Part shown: one piece after another, positions 1 to 9,112 of the stretch
Numbering within the stretch: position 1 is the stretch's first letter
Layout of the letters: each line of letters begins with the position of its first letter
Made by a program: the position numbers and the translations under genes
The notes under the pieces: generated by a model
The model's database searches: none
Told to the model about the DNA's origin: nothing
The model's input: only the letters and a program-made list of their open reading frames with translations
Source of the DNA: Peptococcia bacterium
GTDB lineage: Bacteria > Bacillota > Peptococcia > Peptococcales > SKKY01
NCBI GenBank assembly: GCA_965228015.1
Contig: OZ245787.1
Location: 1,377,536-1,441,535, forward strand
Length of the DNA: 64,000 bases
Reading direction: 5' to 3'

Positions 1-405
1 AGGTTGAGGCTGTGGCCGCCGCCATCAGGGAACTTGAAGAATCCAGGGCCATTTTAAAATACTCTGCGGTTATTGACTGGGAAAAGAATGACTCTGAAAA
101 AAACTAATGCTTTAATTGAGTTAACAATAACTCCCGAGCGGGAGTTTGGTTTTGATAAAATTGCTGAACGAATTTACGGTTTTCCTGAGGTGAAATCTTT
201 ATATCTGATGAGCGGGTCTTATGATCTTGCAGTTTTTGTGGAGGCGGATAGTTTTAAAGATATTTCCTTATTCGTGAGTGAAAAACTGGCTCCTTTGAAC
301 CAGGTTAAGGGAACTAAAACCCACTTTATTATGAAAAAATACAAGGAGCTAGGTGTTCCTTTTAAAAGTGAAGAAAATGCGAAAAGGCTGGTGGTTACTC
401 CGTGA
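1..405 (+). pseudogene. Lrp/AsnC family transcriptional regulator, 5' end outside window, frameshifted
   Basis: Frame from nt 3 reads VEAVAAAIRELEESRAILKYSAVIDWEK and hits TAA just after an A7 run (97-103). The C-terminal Lrp domain (YLMSGSYDLAVFVEA) continues in the 73..405 frame. Typical Lrp-aminotransferase pairing. Confidence 0.8.
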
Positions 406-478
406 GTATAGTTTTTGAGAAGGCGTTGAATGAAAAAATTAAAATGAACCTCCTTCAAAGATAAGAAAGTTTTTTGAT

Positions 479-1606
479 TTGGTTGTTAATACTTCTGGAG
501 TTATTTCTCTGGGTGTTGGTGAGCCGGATTTTATGACTCCCTGGCATATTCGGGAGGCGTCTTTCTATTCTTTGGAGAAAGATTACACAACATATACAAG
601 TAATAAAGGACTAATTGAGTTAAGACGGGCAATTTCAAAATATCTGACAAAACATGATGTAGAATATAATCCTGAAGATGAGATTCTGGTTACTATTGGT
701 GTTAGCGAGGGTGTGGATTTGGTCCTACGGGTGCTGGTTAAGGCTGAGGATGAAATTTTGGTTCCCGATCCTTCTTATGTAAGTTATTCCCCATTAATTG
801 GTTTGGCTATCGGAGTCTCTGTTCCTTTGAAACCCAGTTGTGAAAATGCTTTTAAGATTACCGCTGATGAACTTGAGGCGGCAATTACGCCAAAAACTAA
901 GGCATTAATTTTGACTTTCCCAAATAATCCTACAGGGGCGATTTTGACTAAGGAAGAGCTGGAAAAGCTGGCTGAGGTTATTATTCATCACGATTTAATT
1001 GTTATTTCAGATGAAATTTATGCTGAACTTACTTATGATGGGGTTCATGCTTCTGTGACAAGTTTGCCGGGAATGCAGGAGCGAACAATTTTGCTTAACG
1101 GATTTTCCAAGGCTTATGCTATGACAGGATGGCGTGTTGGCTATGTCCGCGGACCGGAAAACGTTATTTCTATGATGAACCGCATCCACCAGTATAGCAT
1201 TCTTTGCACCCCGGTTATGGGACAGCTGGCTGTAGTTGAAGCCCTGGAGAATGGGAATAAGGAAATGAAGCAGATGGTAATGTCATATAATTATAGAAGA
1301 AACTCAATGGTTAACGGATTTAATAAGATAGGGCTTGAATGCAGCCTGCCCCAGGGGGCTTTCTATGCCTTCCCCTCGGCGAAGAATACTGGTTTGAGTT
1401 CCGATGAGTTTGCGGAAAGGCTGGTGCTGGCAGAAAAAGTTGCCGTAGTGCCAGGAACTGCTTTTGGGGAAATGGGGGAAGGCTACATTCGCTGCTGCTA
1501 CGCCGCATCACAAGCCGACATCAACGAAGCAGTCAAGCGAATGGACCGCTTTCTAACCCGCACAGGAGGGGACGCTTCCAAAATCAGCGCGTCATCCACA
1601 GGCTGA
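479..1606 (+). CDS. PLP-dependent aminotransferase class I/II; the natural GTG start at 402 appears separated by a frameshift
   Basis: Motifs SLGVGEPDF, FPNNPTG, SDEIY and GFSKAYAMTGWRVG (PLP lysine). In-frame PSKIRKFFD lies upstream of 479, but GTG402, which overlaps the Lrp stop, is in another frame. Confidence 0.88.
   Translation: MVVNTSGVISLGVGEPDFMTPWHIREASFYSLEKDYTTYTSNKGLIELRRAISKYLTKHDVEYNPEDEILVTIGVSEGVDLVLRVLVKAEDEILVPDPSYVSYSPLIGLAIGVSVPLKPSCENAFKITADELEAAITPKTKALILTFPNNPTGAILTKEELEKLAEVIIHHDLIVISDEIYAELTYDGVHASVTSLPGMQERTILLNGFSKAYAMTGWRVGYVRGPENVISMMNRIHQYSILCTPVMGQLAVVEALENGNKEMKQMVMSYNYRRNSMVNGFNKIGLECSLPQGAFYAFPSAKNTGLSSDEFAERLVLAEKVAVVPGTAFGEMGEGYIRCCYAASQADINEAVKRMDRFLTRTGGDASKISASSTG
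1563..1604 (+). repeat. Gene-end motif copy 1: CAGG-AGGGGACGCTT-N14-TCATCCACA-GGCT
   Basis: 1567-1604 matches the reverse complement of 9075-9112 at 36 of 38 nt. It lies inside the last codons of the aminotransferase. Confidence 0.8.
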
Positions 1607-1658
1607 ATAGAAATAAATTGAAATTAGACAGAAATAAACTAATAAAATGAATTGAATT

Positions 1659-1718
1659 AAAAAAAGTGCGAAGTCTGAGTTAGAATTAAAAAATCCACTC
1701 AGACTTCGCACTTTTTTT
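1659..1718. terminator. Bidirectional intrinsic terminator
   Basis: AAAAAAAGTGCGAAGTCTGAGT...ACTCAGACTTCGCACTTTTTTT: 22-bp perfect stem including A/T tails, between convergent genes. Confidence 0.85.
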
Positions 1719-1774
1719 GTTTATATTAATTTTATTTCAAATCTGTACTATATATTTACTTATCTCCCTGCTCC

Positions 1775-1802
1775 CCTGTGGATAAATTGCACTAAATAGA
1801 AC
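1775..1802 (-). repeat. Distal half of motif copy 2 with a perfect DnaA box (TTATCCACA, 1777-1785), split from its proximal half (4505-4519) by the IS3
   Basis: Removing IS3 1803-4504 and one 3-bp duplicate gives, on the minus strand, CAGGAGGGGATGCTT-N14-TTATCCACAGG, with the same spacing as copies 1 and 3. The N14 spacer differs in sequence. Confidence 0.6.
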
Positions 1803-2984
1803 TGGTCTGACCCCCAAAAATTACACAAAATTGGGACAGTAAGATATACTAATTTTGGGGGCTGATTTTAATGACAAAGAACTATTCCGATGAATTTAAA
1901 CTCTCTGTAATTAAGGAATATTACGAAAGCAATCTTAGGGTAAGAAAGATTACTGCAAAGTACAATTTATCTTCAAAAAATCTTGTTCTTAATTGGGAAA
2001 AACAATTAAAAGAAAAAGGACTTCTTCCAACAGAAGCTAAGAAAGATCCGGATAAGATAAAAATCAGATCAGATAAAATAGATTTTCCTGAGAAAACACA
2101 AAGAGAAATTGAATACGAAAAAGAAATAGAACATCTTTATGCTAAAATTGAATACTACGAACAATTAGAGCATTTACAGCCCTTTATTTCTAAAAAAACA
2201 AAAGTCAGGGAGCTAAAGTACAGAGCTATATTTGCTTTGGAATTTAAATATACAGTAAAATTTCTTTGCGAAATTGCTGGAGTAAAAAGAAAAGCCTATT
2301 GCAATTTCAGAGACAAACCAATAAAAAAAGAAGATCCCATTGAGAAAATAATTATTCAAATATATAACAAATCAAAAGGAATTTTTGGTTACAGAAGAAT
2401 AGGAAATGAGCTAAGAAATACGTTTAAAATAGTTGTTAATCATAAAAAGATTCAAAGAATAATGCAGGAAAACAATCTCAGATCCAGAATCAGAAGAAAA
2501 AAGAATAGGATTCAAGATGATAAACAATTCAAAGCCAATATATTAAACAGGGATTTTAAGGCAAGTCGCCCAGGAGAAAAAATAGCCACAGATATTACCT
2601 GTATTCCTTACAGAAACTCTAAGCTATATCTGTGTGTTGCCCTAGATCTGTTTAACAATAAACCGGTAAGCCGGGAATACAGTAAGAATCCTGACAGCAA
2701 GCTGACTGTAAAAACTATTGAAAAACTTTCAAAAAAGATAGATATTAAGAATACTGTTATCCATAGTGATCAAGGTGTTTAATACACAAGCAAAGAATAT
2801 TCCAGCTATTTAAAGTCTTTAGGAGCAGTTCAAAGTATGTCCAGAAGAGGAAATTGCTGGGATAATGCGAAGATTGAAAGTTTCTTTAGCCATTACAAAA
2901 CAGAAAGTATTAATCTCTACAAGAAAAGAATCAAAAGTTTTAAAGATATAAAAGAAATTACTGAAGATTACATTAAATTTTATA

Positions 2985-4372
2985 GGTTCTACAATAAATG
3001 TTGGGGTGGCAAAAACCATTCTGACATTTATTTGCGAAAAAATACAGAGCATTGGGTAAGTCTATATTAGAGAACACCCACTGTAATCTAAGGAGGAATT
3101 TACTTATGCTCTGTAATAACTATTATATTAAAAAATTAATTGGTTTTAAAGGGATAATTTTAGAACAATTAGAAACTTCTTCTGATTCAATGTCCTTTTC
3201 TTTTTCTCTGGAGATTAAAACTCACAATTACCCCAAATGCCATCAACAAACCAGTAAAGTTCATGATTACAGAATTCAAATGATAAAAGATATTTCCATC
3301 TCAGGGAAGAAAACCTACCTTTACTATAAAAAAAGAAGGTACGTTTGTAATCACTGCAATAAAAAATTCTACGAAAAAAATGATTTTCTCCCCCGCTATC
3401 AAAGAATGACCAGCAGGCTGATAAAATACATAATTACTCGAATGAAAAATGTTTACTCTGTATCTGATATTGCCAAAGAGAATAATATTTCACCATCAAC
3501 GGCTCTCAGGCTTTTTAGATTCATAAACTATTCCCTAACAAAATTGCCCGAAGTAATCTCTATTGATGAATTTAAAGGTAATGCCGGGGGCAAAAAAGTA
3601 CCAGTGCATATTAACTGATCCCCAAAACAAGAAGGTACTTGATATTCTTCACGGAAGAGAACAACACATTTTATCGGACTATTTCAGGAAATTCAATGAC
3701 AGGGATAAAGTAAAATACTTCATTATGGATATGTGGCAACCTTACAAGGATATTGCTGAAACATATTTTAAAAATGCAACTATCATTATCGATAAATTCC
3801 ATTTCATTAGGCAGGTCACTTGGGCATTTGAAAGAATTAGGAAAGATGAGCAAAAGAAATTTGCCAAGGAAAGGCGAAGATATTTCAAAAGAAGTCGCTC
3901 CCTTCTCTTAAAAAGAATGAAGTATTTAACTCCTGAAGAAATTGACCAGGTAAATGTTATGCTTGCTACTTCTGAGAAACTGCAAAAAGCTTATATGTTA
4001 AAAGAAAAATTTTATAACTTTGTTGACAGCAGTGATTTAGAAAGTGCAAAAAAGAATTTGAAAGCCTGGTATATGTTTGTTATGTCCTGTGAGCTTGAAG
4101 AATTCGATAAATGCTCCAGAACCATTTTCAACTGGCAGAAATATATTCTTAATTCATTTACTTGTGCTTATACTAACGGATATACAGAAGGAGTTAACAA
4201 CAAAATTAAGGTTTTAAAAAGAAATGCTTATGGTGTAAGAAATTTTTGGAGATTCAAAAACAGAATAATGCACGTAATGAACTAAAAACAATTTAAATAA
4301 GTACCGCATTTTTCAATGCGGTACTTATGGAATCTAATCTAATTGGGTTACCCCAACATTTGACAAAGAACC
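2985..4372 (+). mobile_element. ISL3-family IS, copy 1, with 8-bp target duplication ATTTTATA
   Basis: Ends GGTTCT...AGAACC with IR core AAATGTTGGGG. ATTTTATA at 2977-2984 and 4373-4380. Confidence 0.93.
3106..4285 (+). pseudogene. ISL3 transposase, +1 frameshift
   Basis: Zn-finger region, SIDEF, DMW and TNGYTEGVNNKIK motifs. A6 at 3592-3597 versus A5 in the intact copy at 19419-20597. Confidence 0.9.
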
Positions 4373-4496
4373 ATTTTATATAAATGACAGGACGCATAGA
4401 GCCTTGGAGGTGTCCCTCCAAGGCTCTATAAACAGATTTTTTCATTTAATTAATTTGGTGAAATTTACTGTCCCAGAAGTGTACCCTTTTTGGGGT

Positions 4497-5429
4497 TCAC
4501 ACCAAAGCATCCCCTCCTGCGCTGCTAACTCGATTGCGGCCTTCTTGTTTAGCTCTGTACAAGGCTTTGTCGGCCTTTTCTAATATTTCCTGAGGTCTTG
4601 AATCCATTTGTGGAGCCATTGTGGCAACTCCTATACTAATGGTTACAAATTTACTCACCTTTGAAGCTTCATGGGGTATTTTTAAATTCTCAACACCCTT
4701 GCGTAATTCTTCTGCAAGTTTCATAGCACCTTCATGATTTGTACCCGGAAGAGCACAGGCAAACTCCTCACCACCCCAACGGGCAACAAGATCTGCACCT
4801 CTCTTCAATAAGTTTTTAAGAGCATAAGCAACCATCTTAAGACACTCATCTCCCTCAAGATGTCCATAAGTATCGTTGTAAATTTTGAAAAAATCCAAGT
4901 CCAACATTAGCACAGACAATTTTTCTTCATATCTTCTGGCCCGGCTCCATTCAGCCTCTAAAATTTCATTAAACTTATTTTTATTAGGAATTTTAGTAAG
5001 TCCATCCAGCATACTATTTTCTTTAATTACATCCCTTAGCTTTTTTAATTCAATATGATTTTTAACCCGGGCTTTTAGCACAGGTATGCTGTAAGGTTTA
5101 GTTATATAGTCGATGGCGCCGATTTTAAGGCCTTTTTCTTCATCTGCTTCCTTACTTAAAGCAGTAACAAAAATTACTGGAATTTCTTTAGTTTCCGGCA
5201 AACTTTTTAAAACCTCAAGAACCTGGAATCCATTCATTTCTGGCATCATTATATCCAAAAGAATAAGATCGGGAACCGGAAGCTTTGTTGCCATTTCCAA
5301 GGCCTCCTCACCACTTGTAGCAACTCTTATTTGACATTCATCTTGCAAGGCAGTGCCAAGCACACGAATATTCATTAGTGTGTCATCTACAATTAGAATT
5401 AAAGGTTTTTCATTAATATTATTTCTCAT
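4497..5429 (-). CDS. PleD-like response regulator diguanylate cyclase (REC-GGDEF)
   Basis: REC motifs VDD, LDIMMP, DYITKP. DLDFFK, I-site RGAD and active site GGEEF. Probable ATG at 5429 overlaps the kinase stop. The stop codon now falls in the IS3 right end. Confidence 0.9.
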   Translation of the reverse strand: MRNNINEKPLILIVDDTLMNIRVLGTALQDECQIRVATSGEEALEMATKLPVPDLILLDIMMPEMNGFQVLEVLKSLPETKEIPVIFVTALSKEADEEKGLKIGAIDYITKPYSIPVLKARVKNHIELKKLRDVIKENSMLDGLTKIPNKNKFNEILEAEWSRARRYEEKLSVLMLDLDFFKIYNDTYGHLEGDECLKMVAYALKNLLKRGADLVARWGGEEFACALPGTNHEGAMKLAEELRKGVENLKIPHEASKVSKFVTISIGVATMAPQMDSRPQEILEKADKALYRAKQEGRNRVSSAGGDALV

Positions 5430-7190
5430 CAGCGTCCATCCTTTGTAACAATTTTTCAACTTGATTTCTTGCCCCAGGATAATTAAAGTTATCCAAATTT
5501 AACTTAATTTTCGAAATTTCCTCTTCAAGACCAGGACATACAGATGCTAATATTTCAATTTCTTCTATAAGGGTATCTGAAATGAAAGCATTTGAGTTAA
5601 CCATATCCTTTAAGATCTGCATTTTTTCCAGCAATTCCAGAGATACTTCTGCTCCCAGGTTTGTACAATATTTAAAAATCCCTTTCGTTTCTTTGAGTAT
5701 TTCTAAATTTTCCGGTTCGGCAATTTTTCTCAAGGGAAGCTTAATAATAAAAGCTGTTCCAACCAAGTCAATACTACTGTTTTCTACATGGATACTTCCA
5801 CCCATTAATTCAACCAATCCTTTTACTATTGCCAGACCAAGGCCTGCCCCTTTATGGGTTCTTATTGTTGAATCTTCAAGCTGGGTAAATCCTTGAAAAA
5901 TTTTGTTCTTTTTATCTTCAGGTATTCCTACCCCTGTATCAGATACTATTATCTGAACTAAATTATTCAAATTTTTTAGGGTAATTCGAATCTCTCCGAT
6001 AGATGTGTGTTTTACTGCATTCCCTGCAACATGAAGTAAAATTTGTTTTAATTTATCTTCATCCCCAAGATAAATATCTTTATATCCTTCTTTTATATCT
6101 ATCGTAAATTTTAGTTTTTTCTTTTGGATTTCCTCTCTATAATATGTTTCTATTTCTGAAAGAATTCTCTCAAAATTCACTTGTTTTTCTTCAAGGCTGA
6201 TTTTCCCAAGCTCTATGTCTGCAAAATCCAGAATTTCATTTATTACTCTTAGTAAGTCCCTGGCGGATTCTTGTATGTCATTAAAGTATCCAATAAGCTC
6301 ATCTTTATTGGAGCCTGTAAGTTCTTTTTTAATAATGTAGCTAAGACCAATTATTCCGTTCATCGGGGTGCGGATTTCATGGCTCATATTTGCCAGGAAC
6401 ATACTTTTTGTTAAATTTGCTGATTCTGCCGCTTCTTTTGCAGCTTTCAATTCTTCTTCTGTGTTAATTTTTTCTGTAATGTCCTGAGTTGAGCCTACAA
6501 GATATTTTATTTTTCCCATTTCTTCTATAGGGAAAAGCTTGACGTGCCAGGTTTTTTCCCTCCAGGGAGATCATATGTTTCAGTATATGAGAGATTATCT
6601 TTTTGCTTAAGGCATTTATGATAGTAGGAAGAGAGCACCGCTCCCAAATTCTCACCATATACTTGTTCAGGAGTTTTTCCAAGTATTTCATTAAGAGGAA
6701 CTCCTGTTTTCTCCTGATAAATTCTATTCACTCTAAGATGTAAGAAATCATAGGCACCTGTTATTTTATTATGCACTGGTTGTACAAGAAACATTGACTC
6801 TTCAGTGGCATTAAATACAATTTCATATTCCTTGAGGATAAGCTCATTTTCAATTGTATCAATAAATAAGGTCACAAATTTATTAAGACCTGTTTTAAAA
6901 ACAGAAACTCTAAAATATTTTCCCGTTTCTTTAACAAAAACTGTTTCTAGAAATGGTTTCCCTGTTTTGACAACTTCTCCATAATTTTTAATTAGATTTT
7001 TATCTGTACCCGGAAGCACTTGCAGAACAGATTTATTTTTAATTTCATTAAATAAAAGTCCGGTAAGCTCTTCGAATTTCTTATTTCCCTCGAGAAAAAT
7101 GTAATCCACAGGATTTCCGAACTCATCAAAGACCATCTCATGAAGAACATAAGCTTCTTGCAATTGATCAATAATATTATTTTTATCCAT
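5419..7190 (-). pseudogene. PAS-PAS histidine kinase split by a frameshift
   Basis: 7190-6525 holds two PAS-like folds and 6519-5419 holds [20 protein letters not shown] and GAGLGL. One A is missing in the run at about 6552-6557; restoring it gives [18 protein letters not shown]. Confidence 0.82.
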
Positions 7191-7225
7191 ATAATCATCC
7201 TAACGTTCTTAGCTATATATCCAAA

Positions 7226-8572
7226 TTATTCTGTATAAAAAGGATATTCATCAAAAGGAAATAATTCCTTGATCTCCACCCTAGTTCCCCCCGAAACAAC
7301 ATCAAATCCATCTTTTGAGATAGCTAAACCTTCAAAAAAAGCACCTTCAAAAGTGATTTTTCCATTTGGCGCAAAAAGTATTCCTGAAAGGCCACTCCCA
7401 CCAAGGCCTTTAATAGATATGTCGCCGGTTTTAGCAACAATGATTACATTGTTTGTTGTTGGTAAATATATATTTGAATCATAACTCTCTGAGTATATTT
7501 TTATGTTATCTGAGAGATTGGGATTCCCAGCAACATAACCATTAAGATCATACCAAAAATCATTTTTAAGTGAAGGCATTAAATAAGGTGCTGTTATTAC
7601 AGACGGAACCTGAGCTTGTTTAATGCATTTATCTAGAATAGATTGATCAAAGTGAGAAGGATATTTTATCTCCCCAGCATAATAAATTTTAGTATCCTCA
7701 GATAGAAAGGGTGTCCAACCCAGTTTAAGATCCCCACTTACATAAACATTACCATGAATTCTCGCGTCTTTTAACTTAAAATCTCCGTTAACAAAAATAT
7801 CTCCATATATATTTCTAGTTCCGCTCCATAAACCTAAACTCCCATTTACATGTATTTGACCCGGATTACTACTAAAGCCCAACTCATTACTTCCGTTATT
7901 AAGTTTGACATCTCCGCCGAAAAAAATATTTGATACATGAATGGATCCATTTGATGGCAAATCATTATTTTTTAATTCCGAAGAAATAATAACTGTAGCC
8001 CCATCTCCAACAATATCATCTCCCTTAAAGTAGAGGTTCGTTCCCATAATAAATACCTTATCTTCAATAAATATGGGTAATTTATTTTTCTTCACTTCCC
8101 ACTCCCAGCGGGCTATTTTTAATTCGTGAAGGTAAGGATCTCCTTTATCATCAGTACTTGTAATTTGTGCATTATACAAATTATTATTCCCCGGCTCTTT
8201 TTCAAGATCAATATCGACAATATCTTTAAAATCTATAACTTCAGTTCCTCTTTGCCTTGAAATGTAATACCTTCCCTGGTCATCTTGCAGTCTTTTATAC
8301 AATATCTCTTCTGTTGAATTCAGGTTAATTTTATATTCATAAGTTTCCGGAGGACCGCTTTCTACAACATTTTTGCAATTCCTCAAATCGTCTTTCAAAA
8401 AACTTTCCAAACTACGAATGTCATTTCTTTTTGCCGATTCTTTTATCTGCTGTGTCGTTATTTTTTGATTCATGAACAACATGGGGTAAGCGATGCTGCT
8501 TATTACTCCCAAAATTATTATTACAATCATCATTTCTACTAAAGTTCTGCCTTTGTTATTAAGTAAGTGCAA
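7226..8572 (-). CDS. Type IV pilin-like (PilW-type N-terminus) protein fused to a C-terminal beta-helix domain, paralog B
   Basis: KG-RTLVEMMIVIIILGVI class III signal. Repeats such as IYGDIFVNGDF and IHGNVYVSGDL. Shares FKIARW(E/R)W, WTP and APxG.I.GxxFxG motifs with paralog A. Confidence 0.72.
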   Translation of the reverse strand: MHLLNNKGRTLVEMMIVIIILGVISSIAYPMLFMNQKITTQQIKESAKRNDIRSLESFLKDDLRNCKNVVESGPPETYEYKINLNSTEEILYKRLQDDQGRYYISRQRGTEVIDFKDIVDIDLEKEPGNNNLYNAQITSTDDKGDPYLHELKIARWEWEVKKNKLPIFIEDKVFIMGTNLYFKGDDIVGDGATVIISSELKNNDLPSNGSIHVSNIFFGGDVKLNNGSNELGFSSNPGQIHVNGSLGLWSGTRNIYGDIFVNGDFKLKDARIHGNVYVSGDLKLGWTPFLSEDTKIYYAGEIKYPSHFDQSILDKCIKQAQVPSVITAPYLMPSLKNDFWYDLNGYVAGNPNLSDNIKIYSESYDSNIYLPTTNNVIIVAKTGDISIKGLGGSGLSGILFAPNGKITFEGAFFEGLAISKDGFDVVSGGTRVEIKELFPFDEYPFYTE

Positions 8573-8629
8573 GTCATACCACCCCTGAATATTTTGCTGA
8601 TAAAATTCCGATACCTTTTTTAAACACCC

Positions 8630-9046
8630 TCAACTGCTGGTTATGGTTACCTCTCCGTTAGCGGCTATTGTTGCAGATATTGTAACACTCTGTATTACTT
8701 TTGTCCCACCCAAAATTTCACCTGTAGAAGAAATTGAAGTTGCAGTAAGTTGTGTAATTGTATACCTGTAAGTCAGGGCTCCTCCTAGATTCCAATCCGC
8801 TTGAAGTGGTGGCGTTGATACCAGGGGATTTTCGTTTTCTATCAAAGACAGAGCGTGTTCTATTCCTGCCTGGGCAAGATAATTTGCCCTCTCTCGCTCC
8901 TCTGTTCCTAAATTCAGGCGAACTTCTGTATTTAAAGTAAGGAGCATGGTACTTGTTAGAGTAATGACCACTGCAACGACAATTACAACAAGAACAAGTG
9001 CGTAGCCTTTATTATTTTTTATCATAGCTTGCATCATTTTTTGCAT
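8630..9046 (-). CDS. PilX-like minor pilin (N-terminal domain only)
   Basis: KG-YALVLVVIVVAVVITL without Glu5, plus the PilX-type motif ANYLAQAGIEHA. Confidence 0.7.
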   Translation of the reverse strand: MQKMMQAMIKNNKGYALVLVVIVVAVVITLTSTMLLTLNTEVRLNLGTEERERANYLAQAGIEHALSLIENENPLVSTPPLQADWNLGGALTYRYTITQLTATSISSTGEILGGTKVIQSVTISATIAANGEVTITSS

Positions 9047-9074
9047 CTCTCCTTAAAACCTTCAGCTTGAACTT

Positions 9075-9112
9075 AGCCTGCGGATAACGCGCTGATTTTG
9101 GAAGCGTCCCCT
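9075..9112 (-). repeat. Gene-end motif copy 3: AGGGGACGCTT-N14-TTATCCGCA-GGCT
   Basis: 36/38 identical to 1567-1604. Overlaps the TAG stop of the 9111 gene. Confidence 0.8.

Larger units (their letters stand above)
1871..4450 (+). pseudogene. IS3 transposase (OrfA-OrfB in one frame), inactivated
   Basis: HTH N-terminus, GYRRI, and DDE motifs DIT, HSDQG, IESFF. In-frame TAA at 2780-2782. ISL3 inserted at 2985. The tail (YINDRTHRAL..) resumes after 4380. The end coordinate is approximate. Confidence 0.85.
1803..4504 (+). mobile_element. IS3-family (IS150-like) insertion sequence, about 1.3 kb net, interrupted by an ISL3
   Basis: IRL TGGTCTGACCCCCAAAAATTACACAAAATTGGGACAG matches the reverse-complemented IRR TGGTGTGAACCCCAAAAAGGGTACACTTCTGGGACAG. 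Flanks are AAC/AAG (imperfect 3-bp duplication). Confidence 0.88.

Noticed and set aside
2837-3105. ORF 2837..3070 and the extended starts of the ISL3 transposases
   Set aside because: 2837..3070 is a chimera of IS3 tail and ISL3 end. The true ISL3 starts are the RBS-preceded ATGs at 3106 and 20597.
3592-3597. Programmed frameshift in ISL3 copy 1
   Set aside because: Copy 2 has A5 and a continuous frame, so the A6 is a lesion.
4396-4429. 15-bp perfect hairpin as a separate element
   Set aside because: Lies inside the IS3 between the ISL3 insertion and the IRR, overlapping the transposase tail. Treated as part of the IS.
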